From an uncultured delta proteobacterium (GTDB lineage: Bacteria; Myxococcota_A; Polyangia; Polyangiales; Polyangiaceae), in the NCBI GenBank assembly GCA_963696385.1, contig CAVOKF010000005.1, forward strand, positions 512,001 to 576,000: 64,000 bases of DNA. The letters are read 5' to 3'. The notes beneath the pieces were generated by a model that was not told the origin of the DNA, ran no database searches, and saw only the letters and a program-made list of their open reading frames with translations. Shown here one piece after another: positions 49,052 through 59,142 of the stretch; position 1 is the first letter of the stretch, and each line of letters begins with the position of its first letter. The position numbers and the translations under genes were made by a program.

Positions 49052-50452
49052 TCATTGCAATGCCGATGCCCGCGAGTCTCCGGAGCGATCAGCCCGTTCG
49101 GATTCACCCGACGGCCGAATCGCGAGACAGGTCGTTGAATCGCTCGTCCGCGACTCGTTTCGCCAGTCCCGAGCATTCGGGGTTTGGAGCGGAGCCGGTT
49201 GCGCTTCGGCGGCGTTCGCGGCCGGGCAGGACCGGACCTGTGCGTTCGAAGCGCCCGGACGCGCGGAATCCTGGAACACGGGTGCCGGCTGCGACGCGAT
49301 GGCCCCCGCGAATGCGGGCAGCGGAGAGCGAGAGTGGACGTCGGCGTACACCGACATGAAGACGCCCGCGAACAACGCCGACAACAACAACAGCGCGCCC
49401 GCTATCATGCGCATAGAGGCCGGTCGTTGGAACGCGCTCGCGCCGTCCTGCAGGAGGGCGTCGTCGTTTGCCGCAGGTTGCAAGGGCAACGTAAGTAAGG
49501 CCTTCGGACGGGCACGAATGCCAAGCGCGTGCTCGATGCGATCGCGTGACGCTCGCGCCAGGAGGGTTCCGTGCGGCGCAAACGCTCGAGCGAATTGCGC
49601 GACGTCCGCAAACCGGGCCAAAGGGTCCTTGTGCAGGCAGCATTTGATGGCCGCTTCCAGGCGGCGATCGACGCTCCGCGCGTCGCAAAGGAGCGGCTCG
49701 GGAGGCCGGGTTAGCACCGCGATGCTGAGATCGGAAAGGCTCGCCGCCGGAAACGGAGGCGCGCCCGATAGCCATTCGTAGGTTATCGCGCCCAGTGCCC
49801 AGACGTCGCTTTGGGCGTACGCCTCGTGCGGGTGGCACAGCTGCTCCGGCGCAAGGCAGTAAAACGATCGCAGAAGGCGGTCCGGCCGCGTCAAAGCAAC
49901 CGACGAGAAACACCGGAGCGGATCTCCAAGCGCGGGGAGACCAAAGTGTGCAACCTTGACGGTCGCCGTGCCGTCGCAGCGTCGGGTCAAGAAAAGGCTG
50001 CCCGATTTAAGATCGCCGTGGACGCTCCCCTGAGCATGAGCCTCGGCGATCGACTCCGCAGCTTGCAGCACCCAGTCGATCGCCGTCGGCACGGCCAAAG
50101 CGCCCCAGGTGTGGAGGACATGGTCGAAGTTGTGCCCGTCCGGATACTCGACGACCGAATAGGGTTGCCCGCGGGGGAACGTGCCCGTGTCGAGAATGCG
50201 CACCGTGTGCTCGTTCTGGAGGCGCAACGCGCCACGGGCCGTCCGAAGGAAGCGATCGAACACTCCCGGATCGCGCGCCCATTCAGGGGCAAGGGTCTGG
50301 ATGGCGACCCGACGATCGAGTTGGGCATCGTGAGCCGACAGCAACACGACGATGCGGTCGCGGCCGCACTCGCCTTCGATCACGTATCGGTCTGCCAGTG
50401 TTGTTCCCGGTTGGGGCAGCATCCCGCCGAGCCCTTGCGCAAGTCCGGTCAT
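49052..50452 (-). CDS. Membrane Ser/Thr kinase-like protein, probable pseudokinase
   Basis: Kinase fold with GECGRD (no Gly loop), VAIQ, HGDLKSGS, HFG, APEQ, SDVWALG; TM helix. Confidence 0.8.
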   Translation of the reverse strand: MTGLAQGLGGMLPQPGTTLADRYVIEGECGRDRIVVLLSAHDAQLDRRVAIQTLAPEWARDPGVFDRFLRTARGALRLQNEHTVRILDTGTFPRGQPYSVVEYPDGHNFDHVLHTWGALAVPTAIDWVLQAAESIAEAHAQGSVHGDLKSGSLFLTRRCDGTATVKVAHFGLPALGDPLRCFSSVALTRPDRLLRSFYCLAPEQLCHPHEAYAQSDVWALGAITYEWLSGAPPFPAASLSDLSIAVLTRPPEPLLCDARSVDRRLEAAIKCCLHKDPLARFADVAQFARAFAPHGTLLARASRDRIEHALGIRARPKALLTLPLQPAANDDALLQDGASAFQRPASMRMIAGALLLLSALFAGVFMSVYADVHSRSPLPAFAGAIASQPAPVFQDSARPGASNAQVRSCPAANAAEAQPAPLQTPNARDWRNESRTSDSTTCLAIRPSGESERADRSGDSRASALQ

Positions 50453-50621
50453 ACGAGGCTCCTCTGCCCAGGCGCCCCGTGCGAAACGCGGGCCACGTCG
50501 TCCTGCATACCTCGCGCACTGCAGCGGGTTTGCGACGAGCCCGGCTCATCCGCTCGAGATCTCGGGGCGGCTCGGGCTCGGGTTTGCGATCGCGGCCTGA
50601 TAGGTGCAGTGGCCATCGCCG

Positions 50622-52187
50622 ATGCGCTCGAGGTCGGTCGGAGGCTCGGTCCAATCAGTCGCGGCCGTCGACGGAATCGCGATCGGTCTGGCCGTGGTGT
50701 GGGGCCGCGATCCGGAGCCGCGCAGTGTCGCCGGAACGCCCGAAGAGGAGCGCCGGCGATTGGGCCGCGCGCTCGTGCGGGTGACGCGGGACGTAAAGGA
50801 CCTCGCGCGCTTGCTGCCGCCGGCCGAGGCTGATCTCTTTGCCCCCGAAGTCGTGATCCTCGATGAGCTCGGTCCAGTGCTGCTCCAACGGGTCGACCTG
50901 GGAGCCACGGCTGAAGAGGCCGTCCACCAGGCCACCTCGCAGGTGTCGACCGATTTGCTCTTGGATGCGCGCGCCCGTCTGCTCGACAGCCTGAGCCACG
51001 ACTGGCGATCCGTGGAAGCGCTGCTTGAAGGGCGGGACGGGGACCGAGTGCTCGCGATCGAGTCGCTCACTCCGTCGGTCGTTGCGTCGCTCCCCGCCCG
51101 CGTCGTGGGAATCGTGGCGGCATGGCACGACGCTCCACGTAGAAGCGAGTACACATCCCACGCCGTGATACTCGCTCGCGGGCGAGGCATCCCGGTCGCG
51201 TTCGTCCGCCCGGAGACTCTCCACACCATCTCCGACGACGACACAGTCGTGCTGGACACGACCGGCAGCGTCGCCTCCGTCTGGGTGTCACCGGCCCCGT
51301 CGGTGGTCTTCGAGGCGAAGCGGCGGCACGAGGAGTGGATCGTGCGCTGCGCGCAGGACGAGGCCAAAGTCGCGGCTCCTCTGGCGCATCTTGGGCTCGA
51401 CGTGCAGGTCAACATCGCGTCGATGGTCGAGCATGTTCCCGCCTCGGCCGATGGGATCGGGCTCGTGCGGACGGAGCTCGTGTTTTCGGGTCATCTCCTG
51501 GCTCCGTGCGAAATGGAGCAGTTCGCGGCGCTCCGGGCCATCGCGAAGCCAGTCGGGCGAGCGCCCGTCGTCGTCCGCCTCTTCGATGCGGGTGGTGACA
51601 AGCCGTTGGCCTGGCTGAAGCCGCCCGCCGGCTTCGATCGTACACGAGGCATAGAGCTCCTCTTCATGCATCCGGCGATCCTGGAGACACAACTCCGTGC
51701 TATCGCCCGTGCGGCCGACGGCATCGACATGCGTGTGCTCCTGCCATTCGTTCGGTCCGCGGGCGACGTCGATCGCATCCGCGAGAAGACAGCCCGGAGC
51801 CTCGCCGTGGGCGCGATGATCGAGACGCCGGCAGCGGTTCATCAGGTCGACGAAATCGTCGCGGCAGCCGATTTCGTATGCGTCGGCACCAATGATCTGT
51901 TCGCTCGGGTGGCTCGGCGAGAGCGCAGAGGTTCGCCCCTGTCGTTCGATGCGCGCGCCCTGCGCATGGTCGAACGTGTGATTGCGGCGTCGCACGCTCG
52001 GGGCCGCAAAGTGAGCGTGTGCGGTGAGATGGCGGGCGATCCGCATGGAGCACGGATCTTGGTAGGCCTGGGAGTCGACGCCATCAGCGTGGCTCCGGTC
52101 CGCTTCGCCAAGGTCAAGCTGTCGCTGCGTGACGTGACGGTCGACGATTGCCGACGCGTCGCCCAAGAGGCCGTGAGGCGAGGATGA
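50622..52187 (+). CDS. Compact PEP-utilising enzyme, PTS enzyme I-like
   Basis: TSHAVILAR phospho-His motif, GLVRTE, RLFDAGGDK, MIETPAA, GTNDL, CGEMAGDP. Confidence 0.85.
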   Translation: MRSRSVGGSVQSVAAVDGIAIGLAVVWGRDPEPRSVAGTPEEERRRLGRALVRVTRDVKDLARLLPPAEADLFAPEVVILDELGPVLLQRVDLGATAEEAVHQATSQVSTDLLLDARARLLDSLSHDWRSVEALLEGRDGDRVLAIESLTPSVVASLPARVVGIVAAWHDAPRRSEYTSHAVILARGRGIPVAFVRPETLHTISDDDTVVLDTTGSVASVWVSPAPSVVFEAKRRHEEWIVRCAQDEAKVAAPLAHLGLDVQVNIASMVEHVPASADGIGLVRTELVFSGHLLAPCEMEQFAALRAIAKPVGRAPVVVRLFDAGGDKPLAWLKPPAGFDRTRGIELLFMHPAILETQLRAIARAADGIDMRVLLPFVRSAGDVDRIREKTARSLAVGAMIETPAAVHQVDEIVAAADFVCVGTNDLFARVARRERRGSPLSFDARALRMVERVIAASHARGRKVSVCGEMAGDPHGARILVGLGVDAISVAPVRFAKVKLSLRDVTVDDCRRVAQEAVRRG

Positions 52188-52223
52188 CACACTCGGGCGC
52201 GGGCGCGCACTGGTTCATCGGAG

Positions 52224-52325
52224 CCTAGTACCCCGATTCCGCGGAATGGAAGGGTCGTTTTCCGCGATATTCCCGACGGGATCGGGTCGTCTCACCCCTC
52301 CGTTTCATGGAATCGGGGTACTAGG
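52224..52325. mobile_element. About 100-bp MITE/REP-like element with 32-bp terminal inverted repeats, bounded by CTAG
   Basis: CCTAGTACCCCGATTCC (52224-52240) is the perfect reverse complement of 52309-52325; the next 15 bp differ only by transitions. Confidence 0.65.
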
Positions 52326-52343
52326 GCGAACCGGCCCCTTGCT

Positions 52344-54218
52344 TCACGAGGCGCCGAGCAGGGTGGCCGATTCACCCATCACGCGCCACCCTCCCTTCGT
52401 ATCCATCGGCGGCATGCCGTCTCCTCCGTATCGCGGGTCCTCCGAAGACCACAGGGGCGACCAATCCATGCCGCGTGGCGCCGCCAGCAGCGGCTCAGGC
52501 AGGTGGACCAGATGGATGTCGGCTCCGAGATTGACTACGAGAAGCCGATCGGCTGGCTCGGTTGGGCCGAAAAACCGCAAGACGAACGCGTGCTCACCCA
52601 GGACGGCCCCCTCCAATCCGTGCGACCCCTGGGCTCGAAGGGTGCGGTCGTTCCACCGCAAAGCGACCAGATCCCGATGCAACCGCAATACGTCGACGTT
52701 GCGCTCCCGTTCCGCCGCGTCGAGCTTGCACTTGGCAAAAACGTGCGGGTCGGACGGGTCGTCCAGCGACTGGTTCATCGGGGTGAGGCCAATCGAAGGA
52801 AACTGGGCCAAAAATTTCGCTCGTCCCGTCCGCACGGCGGCCGCTACGTCCGGAGGGTGACTCGCGAAGTAGACGAAGGGGGCGCTCGATGAGAACTCCT
52901 GCCCTTGGAAAAGCATCGGCGTTCCGGGACCCAGCAGCACGAACGCCGTGAGCGCGCGCAGTCGCGCCGGATGAGTGCGCGCATGCAATCGCAAGCCGCG
53001 CGCCGTATTCGCGACCTGATCATGGTTTTCGAGGAAGGTGACGAAACGTTCCGGCGACAGACCCCGGGTCGATGTGCCGCGACGCTTTCCTTGCCACGCG
53101 TATCGTTGCCCCTGAAATAAGTAGCCGTGTTTGGCCCCTGAAATGAATTCCTGGGCGGCCCCGCCGTGATCGCTGTAGTAGGCCTCTCGGTGCCCCGTGA
53201 GCGCCACGACGGCCGAATGATGCAAATCATCGTTCCAAACCGCATCGAGTCCGTACCCTCCGTCTTCGAGAGGACGGACGAGCGTCGCGTCTTGAGACTC
53301 GCACTCCGCGACGAGGATCGTGCCTCGCCCGCGCGCGCGATCGCGTACGCGCTGGCCCAATTCAGCGATGATGTGGCACGGCGAGGTGTCGTGGATGGCC
53401 TGCGTCGCGTCCAATCGGAGCCCGTCGAAATGAAATTCGTCGATCCAATATCCGGCATTGCTCACGACGAACTCCCGCACCCCGGAGTGGCCTTCGCGGT
53501 CGTAATTGACGGCAGCACCCCATTCCGTGCAGAGTTCCTGGGTAAAATAGGTATCGGAAAATTGGGACAGGTAATTTCCGTCCGGGCCGAGATGGTTGTA
53601 GACGACGTCGAGGATCACGCCCAGTCCGAGCGAGTGCGCATGGTCGACGAATCGTCGTAAATCGTCCGGCGTCCCATAGAGGTGGGTCGGTGCAAAGAGG
53701 TCGACACCGTCATAGCCCCAGCCGAAGTCGCCGGGGAAGTCCGCGACCGGCATCATCTCGATCGTCGAGCAAACCCCCCGCAGCCGGTCGATTTCGCGGG
53801 TCGCGGCAGCCCACGTGCCCTCCCCGGTGAATGTACCCACGTGCATCTCGTAGATCACCTGTCCCCTCAGGCGGATGCCGTTCCAGTTCGCGTCCGTCCA
53901 AGCAAAGCGCGACGGATCGACGATCTCGGATGGACCGTGCGGCCCCTCAGGCTGGAAGCGCGAAGCCGGATCGGGGAACAGCTCTTCGCTTTCATCCAGC
54001 CGGAAGCGGTATCGCGCTCCAGCGCCCGCGTGCGCGACCGCCCCGCTGAAGTACCCGCCATTCTCGGGAAGCAACGCCTGTTCCGCGCCATGCTCGAATA
54101 CGACCGCGATCCGTTTTCGGCGTGGGGCCCAGACGCGGAAATGAGTGCCGCGGCTGAAAGGCTCCGCCCCCACGGGCAGGCGTCGGGTGAATGGCAAAGA
54201 AGGGCTCGTTCGGTTCAT
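52344..54218 (-). CDS. treZ: Malto-oligosyltrehalose trehalohydrolase (GH13)
   Basis: FRVWAP, PDPASRFQPEGPHGPS, YEMHVGTFT, WGYDGV, DVVYNHLGPDGNY, DGLRLDAT, WNDDLHH, NHDQVAN. Confidence 0.93.
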   Translation of the reverse strand: MNRTSPSLPFTRRLPVGAEPFSRGTHFRVWAPRRKRIAVVFEHGAEQALLPENGGYFSGAVAHAGAGARYRFRLDESEELFPDPASRFQPEGPHGPSEIVDPSRFAWTDANWNGIRLRGQVIYEMHVGTFTGEGTWAAATREIDRLRGVCSTIEMMPVADFPGDFGWGYDGVDLFAPTHLYGTPDDLRRFVDHAHSLGLGVILDVVYNHLGPDGNYLSQFSDTYFTQELCTEWGAAVNYDREGHSGVREFVVSNAGYWIDEFHFDGLRLDATQAIHDTSPCHIIAELGQRVRDRARGRGTILVAECESQDATLVRPLEDGGYGLDAVWNDDLHHSAVVALTGHREAYYSDHGGAAQEFISGAKHGYLFQGQRYAWQGKRRGTSTRGLSPERFVTFLENHDQVANTARGLRLHARTHPARLRALTAFVLLGPGTPMLFQGQEFSSSAPFVYFASHPPDVAAAVRTGRAKFLAQFPSIGLTPMNQSLDDPSDPHVFAKCKLDAAERERNVDVLRLHRDLVALRWNDRTLRAQGSHGLEGAVLGEHAFVLRFFGPTEPADRLLVVNLGADIHLVHLPEPLLAAPRGMDWSPLWSSEDPRYGGDGMPPMDTKGGWRVMGESATLLGAS

Positions 54219-54416
54219 GAGTGAGGGACCTCGCGTGCGGTAACGCAAACGGGAGGCGCTTCGGGCGACACGGCCGGTGAAGGAAGCGGAGGGCGACCGC
54301 CGATCCATGAGTTGCGGGCGTGCAGCTCGCGTGCCACGCGGTTCGTCCTTCGGCCGTTTGCGGGCTCCGTATCGACCCGTTTTGCCCGGCACGATGTTCG
54401 CAAGCTCGGTGCGGCG

Positions 54417-55848
54417 ATGTTCGCCTCCAATCCGCCAAACGCTCCAACAGTCACGATGAAAATGCCCAACCGAGTGCGTCTTGCCGACGACGTCGACGAG
54501 TCGGTCCCCGACGCGGCGGCCACGGCGCCGACGCTCCCATCTCGTTCCTCGCCGTTCGACCCGACATCGGCGGCGGAAGAGCCCCGGTCGGAGACTCGCG
54601 GCATCGAGGCGGCGGCTCTGATTGGCGACGTCTATCGGGTGATGGGAACGCTTGGCACCGGCGCGATGGGCACCGTTCTGCTGGCGCAGGACGAAAGTCT
54701 GCACCGCCGGGTTGCCATCAAGTTCATCCGGCACGATCTCATCGACTCGGACTTCCGCCTTCGCTTTATCGAGGAGGCGCGAGCCATGGCTCGCGTCAAC
54801 CATCCGAACGTCTTGCAGATCTACGCATTCGGCGAGCACGGATGCGTTCCCTACTTCGTGATGGAGTTCGTTGACGGCATGACCCTCGAACAGTGGCGGG
54901 GTCGGAGGACAACGCCGATCGACATCGATCTTCTGATCCGAATCATCGAGGAAATCTGCCACGGGTTGTCGGCCATTCACGCCGCGGACACGCTTCATCG
55001 TGACCTGAAGCCGAGCAACATTTTATTGGACGCCAAGTTGAGACCTCGAATCGCAGATATGGGCCTGGCGGTCCTCCGCCGCGACCACGGGTCGATGCAC
55101 TGCGAGATTGCCGGTACACCCACTTACATGGCACCGGAGGTGGCGTTCGGCCGCGCAGTCGACCCGGCACATCGGTCTCGGGCCGACGTGTACTCGCTCG
55201 CATGCGTGGCGTACGAGCTTCTGACGGGACAGCCGCCCTTCCAGGCGGAGACGCAAATCGCAATGATGTTGCGCCATGCGACCGCCCCCGTGCCGCCGCC
55301 GAGCCAGTTCAATTCCGCGCTCGCTCCAGATGTCGACCACGCCATCCTACGTGCGCTTGCCAAGGATCCGGCCGTCCGGACGCCGACGGCCGAGGCGTTT
55401 CGGAGCGAGTTGATGCTGGGTCACAGCGACCCCAAGCCCGAACGAATCTTGGTCGTCGACGACGACATCGATTCGGGGGAAGCGCTTCGATCGTTTCTGG
55501 AATTGAGATTTCCCGATGCCGAGGTCGAGTGCGTGGGCGACGGGTTCGGCGCCATCGCCGCCTTCGATTCGAAAGTCTCCCTCCGTCGTCATCCTTGACC
55601 TGTGCATGCCGGGACTCGACGGGCTGCAGGTCACCGAGCAGATTCGACGGCGCGAAGAGTCCAGGAGGGTCCCGATCATCATCGTGACCGCCTCGGGCGG
55701 GCCCGAGCAATGGGGCAAGCTCTCGGACCTCGGCGCCGACGGCTTTCTCGTCAAGCCCGTTTCGTTCGACGACGTAGTCGCCCTCATTCATCGATCGCTG
55801 CGCGAGCGCATCGCGAGCGTTTGCTCGGCGGTCGTCGGTACGAAGTGA
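54417..55848 (+). CDS. Ser/Thr kinase with C-terminal receiver domain; +1 frameshift near 55568-55575
   Basis: GTGAMG, VAIK, HRDLKPSN, DMG, YMAPE; REC starts ILVVDDD in one frame and continues VILDLCMPG...IIVTA...FLVKP in 55516..55848. Confidence 0.88.
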
Positions 55849-57429
55849 ATGGGCACGCCCGCGCGCGTACCGACGTTGCGAATCCGGTCGAGCGGCGTCT
55901 TGCTTCATCCGACGTGCCTTCCCGGTCGCCACGGCAGCGGCGATCTCGGCGCGGAGGCTCGGTCGTTTGTCGACTTTCTCGCGTCCGCCGGCCAAAGGTG
56001 GTGGGCCATGTTGCCGGTCGCTCCGCCTGGCTACGGCGAGTCCCCGTACAGTGCCCAGTCCGCATTCGCGGGAAGCCCTCTGCTCGTCAGTCCCGATCGG
56101 CTGGTGCAGGACGGTTGGCTCTCCCCCGGCGAAGTGGTGCCGGTGCGACCCCTTCCGGCCGAACGCGTCCACTACCTGCCGATGGAGAAGCACCGGATGC
56201 GTCTGCTCCGGCTGGCCTTCGATCGATGGAACGCGCGTCGTCCCGATGAGCGGGACTACGAACGTTTCTGCGCGGAACGTGAGGTGTGGCTGCACGACTT
56301 TGCACTGTTTCGCGCGCTCAAGCGGCGCCACGGCGGCGCACCGTGGACCCATTGGCCGGCGGGCGTTCGGTTGCGCGACCCGGCGGCTCTCGACGGGGCG
56401 CGAAAAAGCCTCGCCGACGAGATCGCATTCGAGCAATTCGTCCAGTACGCATTTGAGCAGCAATGGGGCGGCCTGCGCCACTACGCCGCGGCACGCGGCA
56501 TTGGCCTCATCGGCGACATCCCCCTCTTCGTCGCCCACGACAGCGCCGACGTCTGGCAAGATCCGCGCGCATTTCACCTCGATCACGCGGGCGATCCCAC
56601 ATGGGTCGCGGGCGTTCCGCCCGACTACTTCAGCAGCACCGGCCAGCGATGGGGCAACCCGCTGTATCGCTGGGAGCGCATGCGTCGCTCCGGCTACCGG
56701 TGGTGGTGCGATCGACTGCGCGCGACTCTGCGTCGCTTCGACGCCTTACGCGTCGACCATTTCATCGGCTTCCAGCGCTACTGGCGCATCCCGGCAGCGG
56801 AACCAACGGCGGTTCGAGGACAGTGGATGAAAGGGCCCGGCGCGGACTTCTTCGCCGCCATGACCGCTGAGCTGGGCGAGTTGCCGCTCATCGCCGAAGA
56901 CTTGGGGGCGGTCACGCCTTCGGTCTTCGCGTTGCGGGATCGCTTCGGCCTCCCCGGCATCAAAATCCTTCAATTTGCGTTTGGCAGCGATCCGAACGCA
57001 CACACGTTTCTTCCGCACAATTTCCCGCGCAGGGCCGTGGTATTCACGGGCAGCCACGACAACGACACGACGGTCGGCTGGTTTCACGACGGGGGCGGAG
57101 GCGACAATCCCCGATCGCCGGCCCAGGCGCAAGCCGAGCGCGATGCGACTCGGCGCTACTTGGGGGTGACGGGCAAAGAGATTCATTGGGACATGATTCG
57201 CGCGGCGCTCGCGTCGGTGGCTCGTCTGGCGATCGTGCCGCTTCAAGACATCCTCGGGCTTGGTTCGGAGGCCCGATTCAACCGTCCGGGGACGGCGACG
57301 GGCAACTGGGCGTGGCGGTTCGAGCACGCCGTCGACTCCGCCAGCGCCGAGCGTCTCGCGGCGTTGGCGCGAACGTACGGGCGCCAGGGACCGGCAGGGA
57401 CACGTCTGAAGCGAGGACGGGCGGGATGA
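55849..57429 (+). CDS. malQ: 4-alpha-glucanotransferase (GH77)
   Basis: GVLLHPT.LP, SPYS..SAFAG, IGDIP.FV..DSADVW, GVPPDYFS.TGQRWGNPLY, RVDHF.GF, IAEDLG, GSHDNDT. Confidence 0.96.
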   Translation: MGTPARVPTLRIRSSGVLLHPTCLPGRHGSGDLGAEARSFVDFLASAGQRWWAMLPVAPPGYGESPYSAQSAFAGSPLLVSPDRLVQDGWLSPGEVVPVRPLPAERVHYLPMEKHRMRLLRLAFDRWNARRPDERDYERFCAEREVWLHDFALFRALKRRHGGAPWTHWPAGVRLRDPAALDGARKSLADEIAFEQFVQYAFEQQWGGLRHYAAARGIGLIGDIPLFVAHDSADVWQDPRAFHLDHAGDPTWVAGVPPDYFSSTGQRWGNPLYRWERMRRSGYRWWCDRLRATLRRFDALRVDHFIGFQRYWRIPAAEPTAVRGQWMKGPGADFFAAMTAELGELPLIAEDLGAVTPSVFALRDRFGLPGIKILQFAFGSDPNAHTFLPHNFPRRAVVFTGSHDNDTTVGWFHDGGGGDNPRSPAQAQAERDATRRYLGVTGKEIHWDMIRAALASVARLAIVPLQDILGLGSEARFNRPGTATGNWAWRFEHAVDSASAERLAALARTYGRQGPAGTRLKRGRAG

Positions 57430-57639
57430 TTGGCTCGAGCGCGATCCTCGAAGGCGCAGTTCGCCACCCGGAGGTCGATCCCAAAACGTCGGGAACGTTC
57501 GGCAAGGAGCTCGCGCGCCGCCCGCGCCTCAGCGTGCCAAATACAGCACACATGGGGCATTTTTGCGCTCTGCCCACTCCCGCGCTGTCCAGGTTCCAAC
57601 TGCATGAAAATCCAGGATCTTCCCGGTCTCTCGATCCAT

Positions 57640-57655
57640 CGGCACGGCTTCTGCT
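57640..57655 (+). promoter_or_regulatory. Sigma54 -24/-12 promoter candidate
   Basis: CGGCACGGCTTCTGCT has GG-N10-GC spacing, about 60 nt before the NtrC-type gene. Confidence 0.6.
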
Positions 57656-57714
57656 GGGCTCAACGGCACCACCGGGTGCATGACGTCAACGGCGACGAAC
57701 GAAAGGGCGCGAAC

Positions 57715-59142
57715 GTGGAAGGACGCATTCTCATTATCGATGACGACGAAAGTATGTTGGACCTGCTTCGGGCCGAGCTGGAGGGCAGGCAATACGAAGT
57801 CGTCACCCAGACCTCTCCGCAGACTGCGCTCCAGCAACTCGCGGGTCACGACTTCAGCGCCGTCTTGAGCGATATCAACATGCGAGGAATGAGCGGCGTC
57901 GACCTATGCCGCGAGGTCGTCACCCTGCGCGAGGACACTCCCGTCATCGTGATGACGGCGTTTGCCAGCATCGATTTCGCCGTCGCTTCGATTCGCGCCG
58001 GTGCGTACGACTTTGTGACGAAACCAGTCGATGCGGACGAACTCGCTCTGACGATCGACCGTGCTCTGAAGCACCACGCGCTGCGCGAGGAGGTCAAGCG
58101 CCTGCGGCGCGCCGTCGGCGAACGCCAGGTCTTTGCCGACATCCTCGGGGAAAGCCCTGCGATCACAAAAATGTGCGATGTCATTGCTCGCGTCGCCGAC
58201 ACCGAAGCCAGCGTTCTCATTACGGGGGAAAGCGGCACCGGCAAGGAGCTCGTCGCGCGGGCATTTCATGCCCGAAGTTCTCGCGCGGCCGGACCGTTTG
58301 TCGCCATCAACTGCGCGGCGATGCCGGAATCGCTTCTTGAGAGCGAGCTGTTCGGCCATGCCAGAGGCGCGTTTACCGACGCCCGATCCTCGCGCAGCGG
58401 GCTCTTCGTCAAGGCGACCGGGGGCACGCTCTTTCTGGACGAGGTCGCGGAGATGCCGTTGCCTATGCAGGCGAAGCTCCTGCGGGCCCTTCAGGAGCGA
58501 ACGGTCCGCCCCGTGGGAGGCGACACGGAAGTGCCGTTCAATGCGCGCATCGTCGCCGCCACGAACCGCGACCTCGAAGAGGAGATCGAACAGCGGCGGT
58601 TCCGAGAAGACTTGTTCTATCGGATCAACGTGGTCCACATTCATGTCCCGCCCCTTCGCCAACGCGAGAACGACGTCGTTCTGCTGGCCCAGAATTTCTT
58701 GCGTCAAGGCCAGCCCGGCGGCAGTCCGCGCGTCGTGGGCCTGAGGGTCGCGGCCGCCGAGCGCCTGCGCGCGTACCCGTGGCCGGGCAACGTCCGGGAG
58801 CTTCAGAATTGCATCGAGCGAGCCCTCGCCCTCTCGCAGTTCGATCACATCGGCGTCGAGGATTTGCCGGAGCGGATCCGCGAATTCAAGTGCCCTCGTC
58901 CCGTCGTTGAAAGCGCGGATCCTCTCACGATTCTGCCGATCGATGAAGTGGAGCGGCGCTACATCGCAAAGGCAATTGAGGCGCTCGGCGGAAACAAGTC
59001 CTCCGCGGCTCGTCTGCTGGGGATGGACCGCAGAACGCTTTACCGAAAGCTCGAGCGCTGGAGTACCTCGACCCCGAAGCCGGACGGCCCCCACGAGACG
59101 AAGGGGACCGCCCACGGGCGCTCCTCGAACGCCCTCTGTTGA
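57715..59142 (+). CDS. Sigma54-dependent NtrC-family response regulator (REC-AAA-Fis)
   Basis: ILIIDDD, DINM, GESGTGKE, ESELFGH, GAFTDA, LFLDE, FREDLFYR, WPGNVREL, C-terminal HTH. Confidence 0.96.
   Translation: MEGRILIIDDDESMLDLLRAELEGRQYEVVTQTSPQTALQQLAGHDFSAVLSDINMRGMSGVDLCREVVTLREDTPVIVMTAFASIDFAVASIRAGAYDFVTKPVDADELALTIDRALKHHALREEVKRLRRAVGERQVFADILGESPAITKMCDVIARVADTEASVLITGESGTGKELVARAFHARSSRAAGPFVAINCAAMPESLLESELFGHARGAFTDARSSRSGLFVKATGGTLFLDEVAEMPLPMQAKLLRALQERTVRPVGGDTEVPFNARIVAATNRDLEEEIEQRRFREDLFYRINVVHIHVPPLRQRENDVVLLAQNFLRQGQPGGSPRVVGLRVAAAERLRAYPWPGNVRELQNCIERALALSQFDHIGVEDLPERIREFKCPRPVVESADPLTILPIDEVERRYIAKAIEALGGNKSSAARLLGMDRRTLYRKLERWSTSTPKPDGPHETKGTAHGRSSNALC

Noticed and set aside
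57524..57540. Minus-strand TTGGCACG as a sigma54 promoter
   Set aside because: No matching -12 element and no credible minus-strand gene downstream.
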